Origin: Squalus acanthias
Taxonomy: Eukaryota
Length of the DNA stretch: 64,000 nt
Reading direction: 5' to 3'
Assembly: GCA_030390025.1 (NCBI GenBank)
Contig: CM059431.1
Location: 139,254,001-139,318,000 of the forward strand
In this document: piece after piece, positions 12,800 to 26,129 of the stretch
Layout: the number at the start of each line of letters is the position of its first letter
Position numbering within the stretch: the first letter of the stretch is position 1
The notes under the pieces: model-generated
What the model was told of the DNA's origin: nothing
The model's database searches: none
Seen by the model: the letters and a program-made list of their open reading frames with translations, nothing else
Position numbers and translations under genes: made by a program

Positions 12800-13439
12800 T
12801 ACATACAGCTGTAGACTTTCCATATACTGCCCGTTGGCGTTTAAAGTCAGAAACCAAATGAGTTCACTGAAGGAACTGATATTCCTGCAAAACATTGAAT
12901 AACATTGTGAGCACTGGACATAAATTAACTATACCAATACGCACGGTGTTGTGAAATAAAGCGTGATTTAATTTAATGTTAAATGTTTTGCTGTAATTAA
13001 ACCTGATATAAAATTAGATGAAAGGCTCCTTTGAGTGTTTGCTGTCACAGACGCCGCCCGTTGGGGTGGACTGAGGGTGAGCTGTCAGTGTCAGGCAGCG
13101 TCCTGTCCATTGGAACATGTCTTTGGATCACAACAGACTAATAATGAACCAATAAAAGGACCATGTGTAACCGGTAAAATATTAACGTGGTTTCAAACTC
13201 CAGCGGGGAGTTCAGGAGATCACTTAGTCTCAGACCTGCTGTGTAGCAATGTTTACTCACTGCAGGAAGTTTAATGAGACATGAGGCTGGCGCTGGTCAC
13301 TCGGGTCCATAAAGAAACGCTCTGATAGTCTCTGATTGATATTATCATCCCACCACAAGGAATACCTTCAGTATAACAGCCGATCTGCAGGCTTTCATTT
13401 GCTTGTCTGATATAAAATTTGGGCTAAGATTGTTTTCTA

Positions 13440-14512
13440 TATCATTTTCTGAATGGCAGGCAGTAACAAGTGGGGTACCACAGGGATCTGTCCTGGGTCC
13501 CCAGCTGTTCACAATTTACATTAATGACCTGGATCAGGGAGTCGGATGCAGCATTTCCAAATTTGCAGACGACACTAAACTAGGAGGGGGGGGTGGGCTC
13601 AGAGGAGGAGACCAGGAAGCTCCAGAGCGATTTGGACAGACTGGGTGATTGGGCGGATAAATGGCAGATGCACTATAATGTGGACAAGTGCGAAGTTATC
13701 CACCTTGGGTGCAGGAACGGGAGGGCAAATTATTATTTAAATGGCAATAAATTGGGAGAGGGGGAAGTACAGAGAGACCTGGGTGTTCTTGTACACCAGT
13801 CACTGAAGGCGAGCATGCAGGTGCAACAGGCGATCAAGAAGGCAAACGGTATGCTGGCCTTCATAGCAAAAGGGTTGGAATACAGGAACAGGGATACCTT
13901 GCTGCAGCTGTACAGGGCACTGGTGAGACCACACCTCGAGTACTGTGTACAGTTTTGGTCGCCTCATCTGAGGAAAGATGTTCTTGCCATGGAGGGGGTG
14001 CAGCGGCGATTCACCAGGCTGATACCAGGAATGGCGGGATTGACCTATGAGGAGAGACTATGTAGTTTAGGGATGTACACACTGGAGTTTAGAAGATTGA
14101 GAGGGGACCTCATAGAAGTGTATAAAATTCTGACAGGGCTAGACAGACTAGATGCAGAAGGGATGTTTCCCTTGGCGGGTGAGAACAGAACTAGAGGACA
14201 TAATTTAAGGATAAGGGCTAAACCATTTAGGACAGAAATGAGGGGGAATTTCTTCACTCAGAGGGTGGTGAACCTGTGGAACTCATTGCCACAGAGGGCA
14301 GTGTACGCCAGCTCATTAAATATATTTAAGAGGGAATTAGATATATTTCTACAGGCAAAAGGGGTTAAGGGTTACGGAGAGAAGGCGGGGACGGGATACT
14401 GAATTGGAGGATCAGCCATGATCTCATTAAATGGCGGAGCAGGCTCGAAGGGCCGGATGGCCTACTCCTGCTCCTATCTTCTATGTATCTATGTATCTAT
14501 GTATCTATGTAT
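13440..14512 (+). mobile_element. Young 5'-truncated CR1 LINE
   Basis: [17 protein letters not shown], then a 269-aa ORF to 14402. The only lesion is an extra G in G8 at 13586-13593. Tail (CTATGTAT)n. Confidence 0.95.
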
Positions 14513-14789
14513 TTAACCGCTCTTGACTTTGATTCAACACATGCTCTCCATACACACTACAAGCCTTTGAGATTCGGCTTTCCTTGAAATTGTTGTTGTT
14601 ATGAATGATTACAGCATTAACTTTACCCATAACTTTTCTTAACCCTTCCGGTAGCCATTTATCGAAACCAGGCAGTCTCTTCCCTCTGAAATAAAATCTC
14701 CAATTTCCACAATCATTCCTCGAAATAGACCTTGAATTGTTTGCGTCTTGCGTGCTGACGGTATAGCTCTTATCACTAAATGGCTCCTT

Positions 14790-16690
14790 GTTCTGTCCCC
14801 CTCCTCCTCTGGCACATTCTCCTGCTTTGAGGATTTCACCTGTTCCCCTCACTTTTCACCTCTCATTTAAACTCCTTGTTCTGTACCAGCCATACAAGTA
14901 TCACACGAAGTTTCTCACCGAGATACCTTCACTGCTTTCCTCCCTCAGCCTCTGCACCAAGCGACTTCTCATGCTCGGTGATTTGAAGCTCCATCTCAAC
15001 TCATCATGCTCTTTCTTCTCTGAGTTCACAGCCCTCCTATCCTCCCTTAATCGCTCCCTCCATATAAACTCCCCTACCCATTTGATGGCCACCCCTTCAC
15101 CTTGCCCTCTCACGTGCCCTCGCAACTCGCATCATGTTAATCACAGATTAGAACATTCCATATCACTTCCTTGTATCGCTCCCCACCACATCCTCCTTCC
15201 TCCTTTCAACGCCACTTCCATATATGTCAGACCCTGGGGTAAAAATCTCTCCCCCAAGTCACTTTCAACTGCACATTCAAGTTCCCACTGTAAAGCTTTT
15301 GTTTCACCATTCAACGTGACATTTCTGCAGCTACCGATCTGCCCAATCACACCCTCACCTAAAACTTTGATGCCTTTGTCATCATTAAAACCATTCCTCT
15401 CTCTCTCTTACCCTGGTCGATTCCCCTGATAAGCCCATCATATCCGCTACCTTGAGTCTAAGGGATGCAAACTTGAACGTTTATGGAGGACTGCTAGTTA
15501 GTCATCCATCTTCAGGTCTGGCTGGACCACATAAAGTACTATCAGGTCCTGCTCTCCTCCGCCAAAACTGCTCACTTTTCAAGGATATCCTGGAATGCAA
15601 AGACAACTCCCAGATTTTTTCTCCGGAAACTACAGGCTTCTCACCCATCTTCCCTGCCTCCCAAACCTTCACCTCCAACAACAAGTGCGAGGAGCTCACG
15701 AACATCGTTGTCACCAACAGTTATAAATTACTCGCAGCTGCCTCTGCCGCTTCCCTCACTTCCCGTAACCCACCGGGCCAAACTCTTTCTAAGTTTTCCC
15801 CCTGCCCCAGCCCTGAACTGACCTATTTCTCTGGCTTTACTCCTATCGCCCCTCATTCTCTCTGCGAGCTCTTCTTTTCCATGAGATCCACTTCCTGCTC
15901 CCTCGACCCTATTCCCACTAAACTGCTGACCACCCAACCTCCCTTCCTGATCCCCATGTTAGCTAATATTTTTAACGGCTCCATCTCCTCAGGTAATGAC
16001 CTCCCCTTAATATCTGCCGTTGTCACACCTCTCGTCAAAAAACCTTTGCCTCCTCTGCTCTTGCAAACTACCTCCCCATCTTCAATCCCATTTCCCCTAC
16101 AAAGTCCTTGAACGTGCAGTCTCCTCCCAAAAACATGTCCATCTTTCCTGCTTTATCATAGCTCCAATCAGGTTTCCGCCTATCCCACTGTATCATCAAA
16201 TTCACAAATTACATCCTGCGTTACTGCGACCGTGGTAAACAATTTCTCCTCATCCTTTCCCACCTGTTTGCAGCCTTCGATACGGATGACCACAGCATCC
16301 TCCTCCAACGCCATTCTTTTTTCATCCATCTTGGTGGGACTTCAATCGCCTAGTTCCATTCTTATCTATCCAATCGTTGCCAGGTAATCTCCTGCAATGG
16401 CTTCTCTTTCCGCTGCCGCACCGTTACCTGTGGAGTCTCCTGAGAATCTATCCTTGGCCCCTCCAACTTCTCATCTACATCCTGCTCCTCGGTGACATCA
16501 TCCAGCAACACAGCTTGAGATTCCACATGAGCTCTGCCTCACCACCACTTCTCTCGAAACCTCCACTGTCATTACATTGTCATACTGCATGTCCAACATG
16601 CAGTACTGCATGAGCAGAAAGTTCCTCCAACTAACTAATGGGGTCCGAAGCCATTGTCTTCGCATCCCGCCACAAACTGTGTTCTCTGGG
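14790..16690 (+). mobile_element. L2 LINE, degraded EN/RT
   Basis: LLMLGDLKLHL, SCSLDPIPTKLL, and AAFDT.DH.ILL remnants. Confidence 0.85.
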
Positions 16691-17345
16691 ACCTAGGGAG
16701 AGAGTTCTTTCGGGGATTTATATTTAAATCCTCACATCAATAATAGAACCCAGGGAGAGAGTCCTATTGGGGATTTACATGCAAATCCTCTCAGCAATAT
16801 TAACACCCAGGGAGACTGGCCTATTGGGATTTACATGTAAATCCTCTCACCAATATTATTACCCAGGGATACTGATCTATTGGGATTTACATGCAAATCC
16901 TCTCAGCAATATTAGTACTCAGGGAGAATGGCCGATTGGAATTTAAATTTAAATCCTCACATCAATATTAGGACGCAGTGAGAGAGTACTATTGTGATTT
17001 ACATTTACATCACCACACCAATAAAAGGACTCCGGGAGAGAGTCCGATAGGGGATTTGTTTTTAAATCCTTTCACCAATATTAGGACTCAGGGAGAGAGT
17101 CTATAGGGGATTTGTTTTTAAATCCTCTCACCAATATTAGGATAAAAGAAGAGATCCTGCTGGGGATATATATTTACATCCTTTCGCCGTTATTATGACA
17201 GAGGGAAAGAATCCTTTTGAGATTTACATGTAAACATTCACCAATATTAGGACCCAGTGAGAGTTTCCTACTGGGATTTAAATTTAAATCCTCACACCAA
17301 TATTAGGACCCATGATGGGTCGCCTAATTTGGGATTTGCATTTGG
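16690..17345. repeat. ~56-57-bp tandem repeat, ~12 copies, each with the palindrome GGATTTACATGTAAATCC
   Basis: Units start at about 16693, 16750, 16807, 16862, 16918 and onward. Confidence 0.88.
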
Positions 17346-17819
17346 CATCTGTTGTTTTGCAGAGTATCCATCCTTTCTCTGGGTCTTGTTCACAATAACA
17401 CATTTAATGCCATAATGAATCAGCAATGACAGAGTTCATGAGAAACTGACTATAAAGATCTCAGGTTTTCCTTAACTAGTTGTAGAGAGAGAGAGTCTGG
17501 ATTGGAAAGGAACAACAACATGGTTTCATCTCTACCTGGGGAAAGAACACACGGTAATATAGTTTCTTTATCTGTACGTCTATGGCTCAAAGATATTGTG
17601 TGTATGTGGACTTTGTCGAATACAAATAAACAGATTTAGTTGCTAACCATATTGTAGGGTCAGAATCAAATTGTTTACATTATTGGCAACAGTGGCAGAG
17701 CCTGACTAGCAACTTTCCTGATTGTGTGACACATAGTAGTCTGTTCTAATTCCATGCTTCCATCTAAACTGCTTATAATGCCGCCTATCTTTGTGTCATC
17801 GTCAAACGTGGATACGTGG

Positions 17820-18690
17820 CTTGGATATGTGGCTAATTACGAAGATGGCAGCCCAAAGATCTAAGTGGAAAGTGGCGCTACGGATACATAATTGGCTCAG
17901 TGATAGGAAGCAAATGGTTGTGGTGGATGGATGTTTGATCAGTCTGAGAGGTAGTTTGCCGTGCTGTTCTCCTATCGTCATTTCGGGTCCATTACACTTT
18001 TCATTTTCTTATAAACAACCTAGGGTGCAGCCTTATAAATTTTGCAGATGATACGAGACTTGGAGAAGTAGTAGGTAGTGATGTGGTTAGTTATAGGCTT
18101 CAGGTTGGCATAGCACGGATTGTAAAATGGGAAGCAGCATGGCAGATGAAGTTCGATGCGGAGAAGTGTGAAATGATGCAATTTGGGAGGACTGAAATGG
18201 AAAAACAGCACACTCTAAATGGCACGATTTTGAAAAGTGTAACTGAGCAGAGGAATCTTGGTGTCCATATACACAAATCCTTAAATGTGGCTGAGCAAGG
18301 TGACAAGTTGACTAAAAAATCATACGGTTTACTTGTGTTTCTAAATAGAGCAATGGAATATAAAAGCAAAGAGATCATGCTAGAACTTTATAAATTACTG
18401 GGAAATCCTCAGCTGGAGTATTGTGGACAATTCTGAGCACTACCCTTCAGGAAAGATGTAAAGGCCTAAAAACGGAACAGAGGAGGTTTACCAGGATGTT
18501 ACCAGGGATGAGAGACTTCAGTTATGAGGCGAGGTTGGAAAGGTTAGGACTGTTCTCCTTGGAACAGAGAAGTTAAGAGGTTACCTAATAGAGGTTTACA
18601 AGATGATATGAGCTTTGATAGAGCAGATAGAGCAAACTATTCCCTCTGGCGAAGTGGGTAAAGAGCTAGAGATATTGCTTAGATTTACAC
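17820..18690 (+). mobile_element. CR1 RT fragment, degraded
   Basis: WQMKFDAEKCEMMQFGR..PQLEYCGQF. Confidence 0.88.
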
Positions 18691-19674
18691 GCCAGTGAAT
18701 CTGAAGTCAAATTAACGCATCAAATGCCAAATTTGGCCCAGATACTAAACATCTCCCAATAGCTAGTTAGACTCTCACCTCGGCAAAATCATCGATTGAA
18801 GTGATTCTCAGTAAAGCTCCTCACATTTCCAATCATTGTTGAAGTTTCCCGTTTCTGGCCTTCGACACTGGGGACTTGGCCGCAACAGATCTTCTCTATG
18901 AACCTAGCGAACTTTCTCCAGTCCCAGTTAGTGTAGTGATGATTCGACTTATCTCTCTCCACCTTCCTGGGATACTGCTTAATCAAATAAACGTTTAAGA
19001 AAAACGAGATTCAAATTAATTAGAAAATATGTTACAGGAAAACAATGGGACTATTTTTTGACTATAAATATATTTAATTTGAAAATATTTACAATTTTTT
19101 GAAGTATTTACTTTACTGTTAAATAGTTCTTTCGTTTGCCCCTATAGGCGCTAAATTCACACACAGGAAAAATTCAGTTGGTTGCGCCTCCCGTTAGCGC
19201 CTTAAGAGGGCGCTAATGGGGCGCAAAGCCGCTGGCGCCCGGGCGCAGCGATGTTTGCGCTGCTCGGGAACTTAACTAGACATTGTGCGGCGGCGCTAAA
19301 CTTTACCGTCGCGACCACCTGCGCGCGCAGATTGTGACGTCATTCCATGGTGCAATGCCCTTGTGGCGCCCCGGAGCGGAAATTGAGTGGCGCCCCCTGC
19401 CTTACCGCCTGGCGCATCCAACGACCGGAAGACTGGAACGCTATCAATCGCTGTGGGGCTGGGGGGTGGCGCTATTTAAAGGGGGCCTCTTCCTGTCTTT
19501 TTCTGTGGTTGACATTTTTGCACCACTCGTTCTGAGAGAGAGAGAGAGATTCGGAGAGAGAGAAAGAGAGACTTCTGCATTGTGTCAACGCTTTGTGAGG
19601 TAGTTTTGCCTACTGATCCTAACTTCGCTGGTACTTTGGTTGCTGTCCTTCATAACTTTGCTTGCAAAGAGACT

Positions 19675-20836
19675 ATGGGGGCTGCACTGAATGGGGGCGT
19701 CGTCCTGCTCCAGCTGAATCGGAGGACACAGAGACGCAGAGAGAGAGTGGCAATGATGGCCAGACGGAGGAGGGCCAACAGGCGTCTGTACAGGAGAGCT
19801 TACCCTCCCAGGGTATACGGTGAACAGCTCTCCGACATTCATATGTCTGAGGAGCTGTGTTTGCGAAGGCTGCGATTCAGCAAGGAGGTGGTCACTGAGC
19901 TCTGCCACCTGCTGCAGCCAGATCTGCAGCCTCAACTGAGGTCCAGGACGTCTCTGTCGGTGGCAGTGAAGGTCACAGTGGCTCTCAACTTCTATGCTAC
20001 TGGCTCATTTCAAGCTGCTGCTGGGGACCTCGCCAATATCTCCCAGTTCGCGGTGCATTGATGCATCCGGCAGGTCACAAATTCCCTCTTTAAAAGGAGA
20101 CGAGAGTTCATCTCTTTCCCCATGACCCTAGACACATCAGCGTGACCGCGCTCTGGGCTTTGCGAGGATAGCGGGCTTCCCCATGGTGCAGGGCGCCATT
20201 GACTGCATGTATGTGGCTTTGCGTGCTCCACATGAGAATGCCGAGGATTTCCGGAACAGAAAGGGGTTCCATTCCTTGAATGTTCAGTTGGTCTGTGACC
20301 ACAGACCGCTGATACTCGCTGTCAATGCCCACTATCCTGGCAGCTGCCACGATGCTTTCATCCTGCGCCAGACTACTGTGGCAGAACTTTTCGAGGCACC
20401 GCATCAGCCAGTTGGTTGGCTTCTCGGGGACAAGGGGTATCCATTGAGCACCTGGCTGATGACACCGCTCCGTACGCCCAACACCCCTGCTGAGCTGCGG
20501 TACAATGAGAGCCATCAAGCTACCAGGAACATCATTGAGCGCACAATCGGCGTGCTGAAGCAACGGTTCCGCTGTCTCGACCATTCTGGAGGAGCCCTGC
20601 AGTACTCGCCTGAGCGAGTATCCAACTTCGTAGTTGTGTGCTGCATGTTGCATAAAATGGCAATCGTCAGGACACAGCCAATGCCACCAGGTCTTGGAGC
20701 ACCACCAGAGAAGGAGGAGGAAGAGGAGGAAGAGGACGAGGAGGATGATCATCAGCAGCACCAAGGCGGGAGGGCGGCCCACAATGGTGAAACTGCAAGG
20801 GCCGTCCGTCAACGGCTGATAGCAAGCCGCTTCTAG
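19675..20836 (+). pseudogene. Harbinger (HARBI1-like) DDE transposase, disabled
   Basis: [66 protein letters not shown] at 20059-20061 and a frameshift near 20130. Confidence 0.93.
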
Positions 20837-21148
20837 GGCCCCTGCTGTGGAAATGGCTTCTGCCATTGCTAACAACATCAATGAACCCAGCACGCAACCC
20901 CTAAGCCGGCCAAGGCACCAATGATTCCAAACACCAAACATGTATATTTTGAATACAAAAACTTATTTATTTTACAAACTCTGTGTGTGTCATTTCCTCA
21001 TGACAAACTCATAGTAATAAACACAAAAAAACAGTCATTAACATAACTGGTTCTCACAACCTGGAGATAATGTCCAAAACACTAGACAAAAGTTGGACCA
21101 TGAACCTCGGCCTTTAATAAAAAAATGACCAGCATTTTGTCACACCTC

Positions 21149-23071
21149 CTACTTTTTGCCCTTCGAGGGTGATCTCCTTCCCTTGCGCACTTCCCCCCTT
21201 CTAACCCTACTGCTCCTCCGTAATGGGACCTCAGTGGCTGCAGCAAGGCTGGTGGAAGGCTGCTGATTGTCAGACCCTGACACTGCAGATGCCCCTGAAG
21301 GACGGCCTCGACCAGTTCTGGGCCTGGAGGGCCCGGCTGCAGACTGCACCAACTCTGCATGGGCGGCAGCAGTCAGTCCTACAGGCGGTGGCAAGTGCAG
21401 TGGAGAAGTGACAGTGTTGGCAGCAGGAATGCTGTAATCGTGAGAGAGGACAGCAACTCCCTGCTCGACCGACACACTGGCACTCCCACGGGGCAGCACT
21501 TCAGCATCCGGAGCAATCTGCTGGAGCACAGATTGCTGGCCTGCTGCGGCGCGGTGAGAGCCCCGGGGACATGTGAACGAACCATCGAGGTTGGCAGCAG
21601 TCAGTGCTCGCGTGGCCTCAATCTGAGTCTGCATGAGAGCAGTCAGAGATGGGATCACGGCAGTCAGTGACTGAATTGCAGCACTAAGCTTTAGTGTGGC
21701 ATCCGCCTGTGCTACAGCGAAGTGCTCCACACTCCTTGCCAGTGACTCAATGCATTCGGGCACCCTTCCCACTGCACCCATGAGCTCAGTGTGCATGCCC
21801 ACCGCCTGTGTGTTCATTTCTGCGATCAGCCGCTCCTCCTCTGCGTCCATTGCAGTAGGAGTCGCTGGCATACTCTCCCTCTGGGGAGAAGGCCCCCGTT
21901 CTTCCCTACCCCCATGGCGTTGCTGCAGCCCGCTGGGTCCTGGAGCTTCACCCTCATCAGACCCTTCCCCCCTGCTCCCCTCCAGGGAAGGCGTGTTCCC
22001 AGTGTGGGCATGGGCTTCCTCGGGAGAGGGTGGCACTGATGCTCCGGCTTCCTCTTCCTCCTCGGCTGCAGCTTCACTCCCACTGGCAGCTTCAGGGCCC
22101 GTCTCCTCAGCTGGTGAATCACCATCTGAAAGCAGGGAGGTACAAGAGTGGCTTTAGCGTGAGGACAGGGTGGCAGTAAGGGAGGAATAAATGCAGCGAG
22201 TTAGCAAGTTGGATTGAAAGTGTCAAAGGCTGGTGTTGTGAGGGACCAGTGGAAGGACAGAGGACAAAAAGGTGATGACCTTACCATTGCTGTCCAGAAC
22301 GGGGTCGGCGTCTCCAGTGGCGACGGGACCGATCACCCGGCTTGCCACAATCCTGTGGACGCGCTCCTCAAGATCGCTGAGGGGTTGCAGCTGAGGCCGC
22401 CCTCCACCTGTCCGTTGCTGCTGTCTCCTATTATGCGCCAGCTTGGCCTGCAAGAAAAAGGACAGCATCTGAGTAAATATACAGCCATGGTCTTGCCTGA
22501 TGTGCCTCCCATAGGTGAATAGCCCTTACTGTATGCAGCCATGGTCTTGCCTGATGTGCCTCCCATAGGTTAATAGCGCTTACTGTATGCAAAGTGTGGA
22601 ATGCGTGTGTGTGTTTCATGAAAGGGCCATAGGTGTTGGATGAGTGTTGTGCATTGGGGTTTTAAGACCCTCTGGCCATAGAGTGAGGTTGAGATGGAGG
22701 GATGGAGAGGTATTGAGAAAAAGCCACTCACCCTGACGACCTGAGTGAGGTCGTTGAACTTTTTGCGGCATTGAACATGGGTCCTGGGCACCATGCTCCT
22801 GGAGGAAATAACAACAGAAAACGCTGGAAAAACTCAGCAGGCCAGGCAGGATCCGTGGAGAGAGAAAGAGAGTTAACGTTTCAGGTCGAAGACCTTTCAT
22901 CCTGGAGGAGATGCTCTGAGCCACCTCCCTCCACACTCTTCTGTACTCGCGTGGCAAAGGCCTCCTGCCACTCTCAGGGAAGAGTATAGATCTTCTGCGC
23001 TCCACCGCGCCAACCTGAGCATCCAAGGCCCGCTCGGTGAAGCGCTGAGCTCGTTCTCTCACCCTCTCCAT
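21149..23071 (-). pseudogene. Harbinger Myb/SANT-like DNA-binding gene, 3 exons (23071-22732, 22447-22285, 22125-21149), interrupted by a 103-bp insertion
   Basis: RAQRFTERAL..W.EVA..RT..QCRKKFNDL|AKLAHNRRQQQRTGGG. GT-AG introns in phases 0 and 1. Excising the insertion gives 458 aa with no stop. Confidence 0.88.
22807..22899 (-). mobile_element. Penelope-like pLTR fragment with a 10-bp target-site duplication
   Basis: TCCTGGAGGA at 22797-22806 and 22900-22909. Near-identical to 47384-47478. Confidence 0.9.
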
Positions 23072-23434
23072 CCTTGGCAGCAAAATGGATTCACAGGTCT
23101 CTCCAGGCCGAGATTCAAGGCTGCAATGAGCAGGGTGTGGCTGGGGAGCAAGTTGCCCCCCCCCCCCTTTAAGAACTGGCCGGCGCCAGTGTGTCTGTGT
23201 TCCCTCGCTAACTGGCAGCACCTGCGCTGCGCTCGCGTGCTGAGTTAGCGCCTCACTGCTCGGCCTTTGCGCCTTAAGACAGGTGTGCAGCGCCTGATTT
23301 AGCGCTCCACTCACCTCCCGGGGCGTTAAAAGTGAAGTTTCCAGTCAGTGGCGATAATTAGCGCCAGGCGCTAATTTTTGCGTCCAGACGATATTTGCGC
23401 CCCAAACGGGGCGCAACCTAATTTCTCCTCCTTA

Positions 23435-24057
23435 GAGTTATGCAGCACAGAAAGACGCCCTTCGGCCCATCGTGTCCGCACCGGCCATCAAGCCCTGTCT
23501 ATTCTAATCCAATTTTCCAGCACTTGGTCCGTAGCCTTGTATGCTATGGAGTTTCAAGTGTTCATCTAAATGCTTCTTGAATGTTGTGAGGGTTCTTGCC
23601 TCTACCACCCTTTCAGGCAGTGAGTTCCAGATTCCAACCACCCTCTGTGTGAAAATGTTTTTCCTCAAATCCCCTCTATACCTCCTGCCCCTCATTTGAA
23701 ACTGTGCACCTTGGTTATTGCCCCCTCTACTAATTACTTTCTATCTACACTATCTGTGCCTCTCATAATTTTGTACACCTCAATCAGGTCCCCCCTCAGC
23801 CTTTTCTGCTCAAAGGAAAACAACTCCAGCCTGTCCAGTCTATCTTCATAGCTGAAGCGCTCCAGCCCAGGTAACATCCTGGTGAATCTCCTCTGCACCC
23901 TCTCCAATGCAATCACTTCCCTCCTATAGTGTGGCGACGAGAACTGCGCACAGTATTCCAGCAGTGGCCTAACTAGCGTTTCGTACAGCTCCATCATAAC
24001 CTCCCTGCTCTTATATTCTATGCCTCGGCTAATGAAGGCAAGTATCCCATATGCCTT
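23435..24057 (-). mobile_element. CR1 3' fragment, same family as 61665-64000
   Basis: KAYGILAFISRGIEYKSREVMMELY..; closely matches 61680-62313. Confidence 0.93.
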
Positions 24058-24624
24058 TCTGCTGCCAACTCTAGCTCCGCCACAGTGACATCCCAGGGGC
24101 GGAAACCTATCTTCAGATGACATCAAAATGGAGCCAGGAGCCAATCACACAGCAGCCAGGAACAATGTCACAAATCAGCCAGAGATCCGCCCAGTCGAGA
24201 TGTCACAGTGTCACATGATCAGGCTCTGCTTCTGGTGCGCAGTCTCACTGGGCATGAACGCAGGTTGTACAATTAGTCCTGTCTCCGAACCCGCCCCCAT
24301 CTACTGAGATTCGAGGCAGGGAGTACAGACTCCCAAAATTACCCCTTATGCATTCTCCATCCCATAATCCAAATGCAAGATCCCACTATTTAATAGACCC
24401 CCTGTCCATCATTTGCTTTGTAAATTCGAAAGTTCCCCTTCTCTCTATATCAGGCAGATTGACTCCGTACTGCTTTGGCAGTGACAGGCTGTTTGAGATA
24501 ATAGTGCTGAGATGAGGCAGGGATATTACAGCCACCATCTCTGCTCTAAAAATAGTCTACTCGCTTCAACAATTGAAGGGATAAGTGAGGCATTCACCAG
24601 TGGTATCAGGTGGAAGAATCATCG

Positions 24625-25190
24625 GGTTAGGAACAGCATGGGTAAGACTGAGTGTAAAGTTCACTCAACACTGTACTATCCCAGGGCAGGTACGGCATGG
24701 GTTATTTACAGAGTAAAGCTCTATCTATAACGTGCAATCAAACCCTCCAAGGGCAGATACAACAAGGGTTTGTTCCAGAGTAAATTTCCATCTGCACTCT
24801 CCCCTCAAACACTCCCATGGCAGGTACAGGTCAGGTTAGCTACAGCGTAATGTTCCCTCTACACTTTCCAATCAAATACTCCCAGGGCAGGTAAAGAAAG
24901 GGTTAGATGCAGAGTAAAGCTCCCTCTACACTGGACCTTCAAACACTCCCAGGGCAGGTACAGGACAGGTTAGCAACAGCGTAATGCTCCCTCTACACCT
25001 TCCCATCAAATACTCCCAGGGCAGGTAAAGAAAGGGTGAGATACAGAGTAAAGCTCCCTCTACACTGATCTTTCAAACACTCCCAAGGCAGGTACAGCAT
25101 GGATTAGCTACAGATTAAAGCTTCCTTTCCACTGTCCCGCAAAACACAATCAGGGCAGGTGCGGCAGGGGTTAAATATAGTGTAAATCTC
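24625..25190. repeat. 67-bp tandem repeat, ~8 copies
   Basis: CTCCCAGGGCAGGTAC..GGTTAGATACAGAGTAAAGCTCCCTCTACAC recurs at ~67-bp spacing. Confidence 0.9.
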
Positions 25191-26129
25191 GCTGAATTTT
25201 GGTTGATCAAGCAGAGTCAACTCAGCATGTGCTCAATGCAGCGTACAGCTCCTCTGACACTATCCAATGAACCTCACCAACTCAGATTCAGCATGGTATG
25301 GTTACATGATACAATTCCGGGTGGACTGCATAGATTCGAGTTCTCTCTCTCCACATTCATGAGATCCTGCTGACTCCAATAATCTATCAATATAAAATGA
25401 TTCATAATAATTTCAGAAACAGTATTCGGAATACAATGGGACTATTTTTGTGATTATTTTATATTTAATAGGAATATATTTCTAATTAATTTGGTTGAAT
25501 TACTTACTTTAATATTAAATTGCACTTTTCTATCCTTGCCCCTATTTATAGGGACTATACTCATTCACAATATCTGCTGCGAAATCCAGCTCCGCCCACA
25601 GTAACATACCACTGATGGGGCTTAACCAGGGGGGGGGACCTGTCTCCAGGTGACATCACAAAGGAGCCAATAGCTAATCACACCGCAGTCAGTAACAATG
25701 TCTCAAAGCAGCAGGAGCTCCGCCCAGTGGAGGTGTCACAAGGACACATAACCTTGCTCTGCTCCTGGTGTGCAGTCTCACTGGGGATGAACACATGTTC
25801 TACATTTAATCCTGCGTCCTGAGATAATGTCAAAGAATATTTTTCTCTGAGAAATACCCGACCTATTAAGCTTAACAGAAGCTGCACCATATTCCCGGTG
25901 ACAGAAGCAATTAACATTTTAAACCACACTCCCATGTGTAAAATAAGATGTGGGTAAGAGTTCATCACAGAAATAATATTGAAATAGCGAGTCTTGGTTA
26001 GTCAGCATTTCTTTCATTCTGCATAAGAAAGTCATCAGTTCATTAATGGTGACTTAAACAATTATTTTCTCACGTTACATGCATGCAAGTAATTTAATTA
26101 AGTGATGTGTTTTCACTTCTTACTAATAA

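Larger units (their letters stand above)
19147..23431. mobile_element. PIF/Harbinger DNA transposon, apparently full length
   Basis: Two convergent genes (DDE transposase and Myb/SANT). Imperfect terminal inverted repeats at 19165-19188 and 23410-23429. Flanked by ATA and TTA. GC-rich subterminal TTAGCGCC motifs. Confidence 0.88.

Noticed and set aside
17350..17733. Possible solo LTR (TG..CA with AATAAA)
   Set aside because: No target-site duplication or second copy seen.
18789..18986. 65-aa minus-strand ORF next to the duplicated module
   Set aside because: No recognisable homology; the paralogous copy does not preserve the ORF.
20108..20941. 277-aa minus-strand ORF with a TM-like stretch
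   Set aside because: Antisense to the transposase; the hydrophobic run mirrors its poly-Glu codons.
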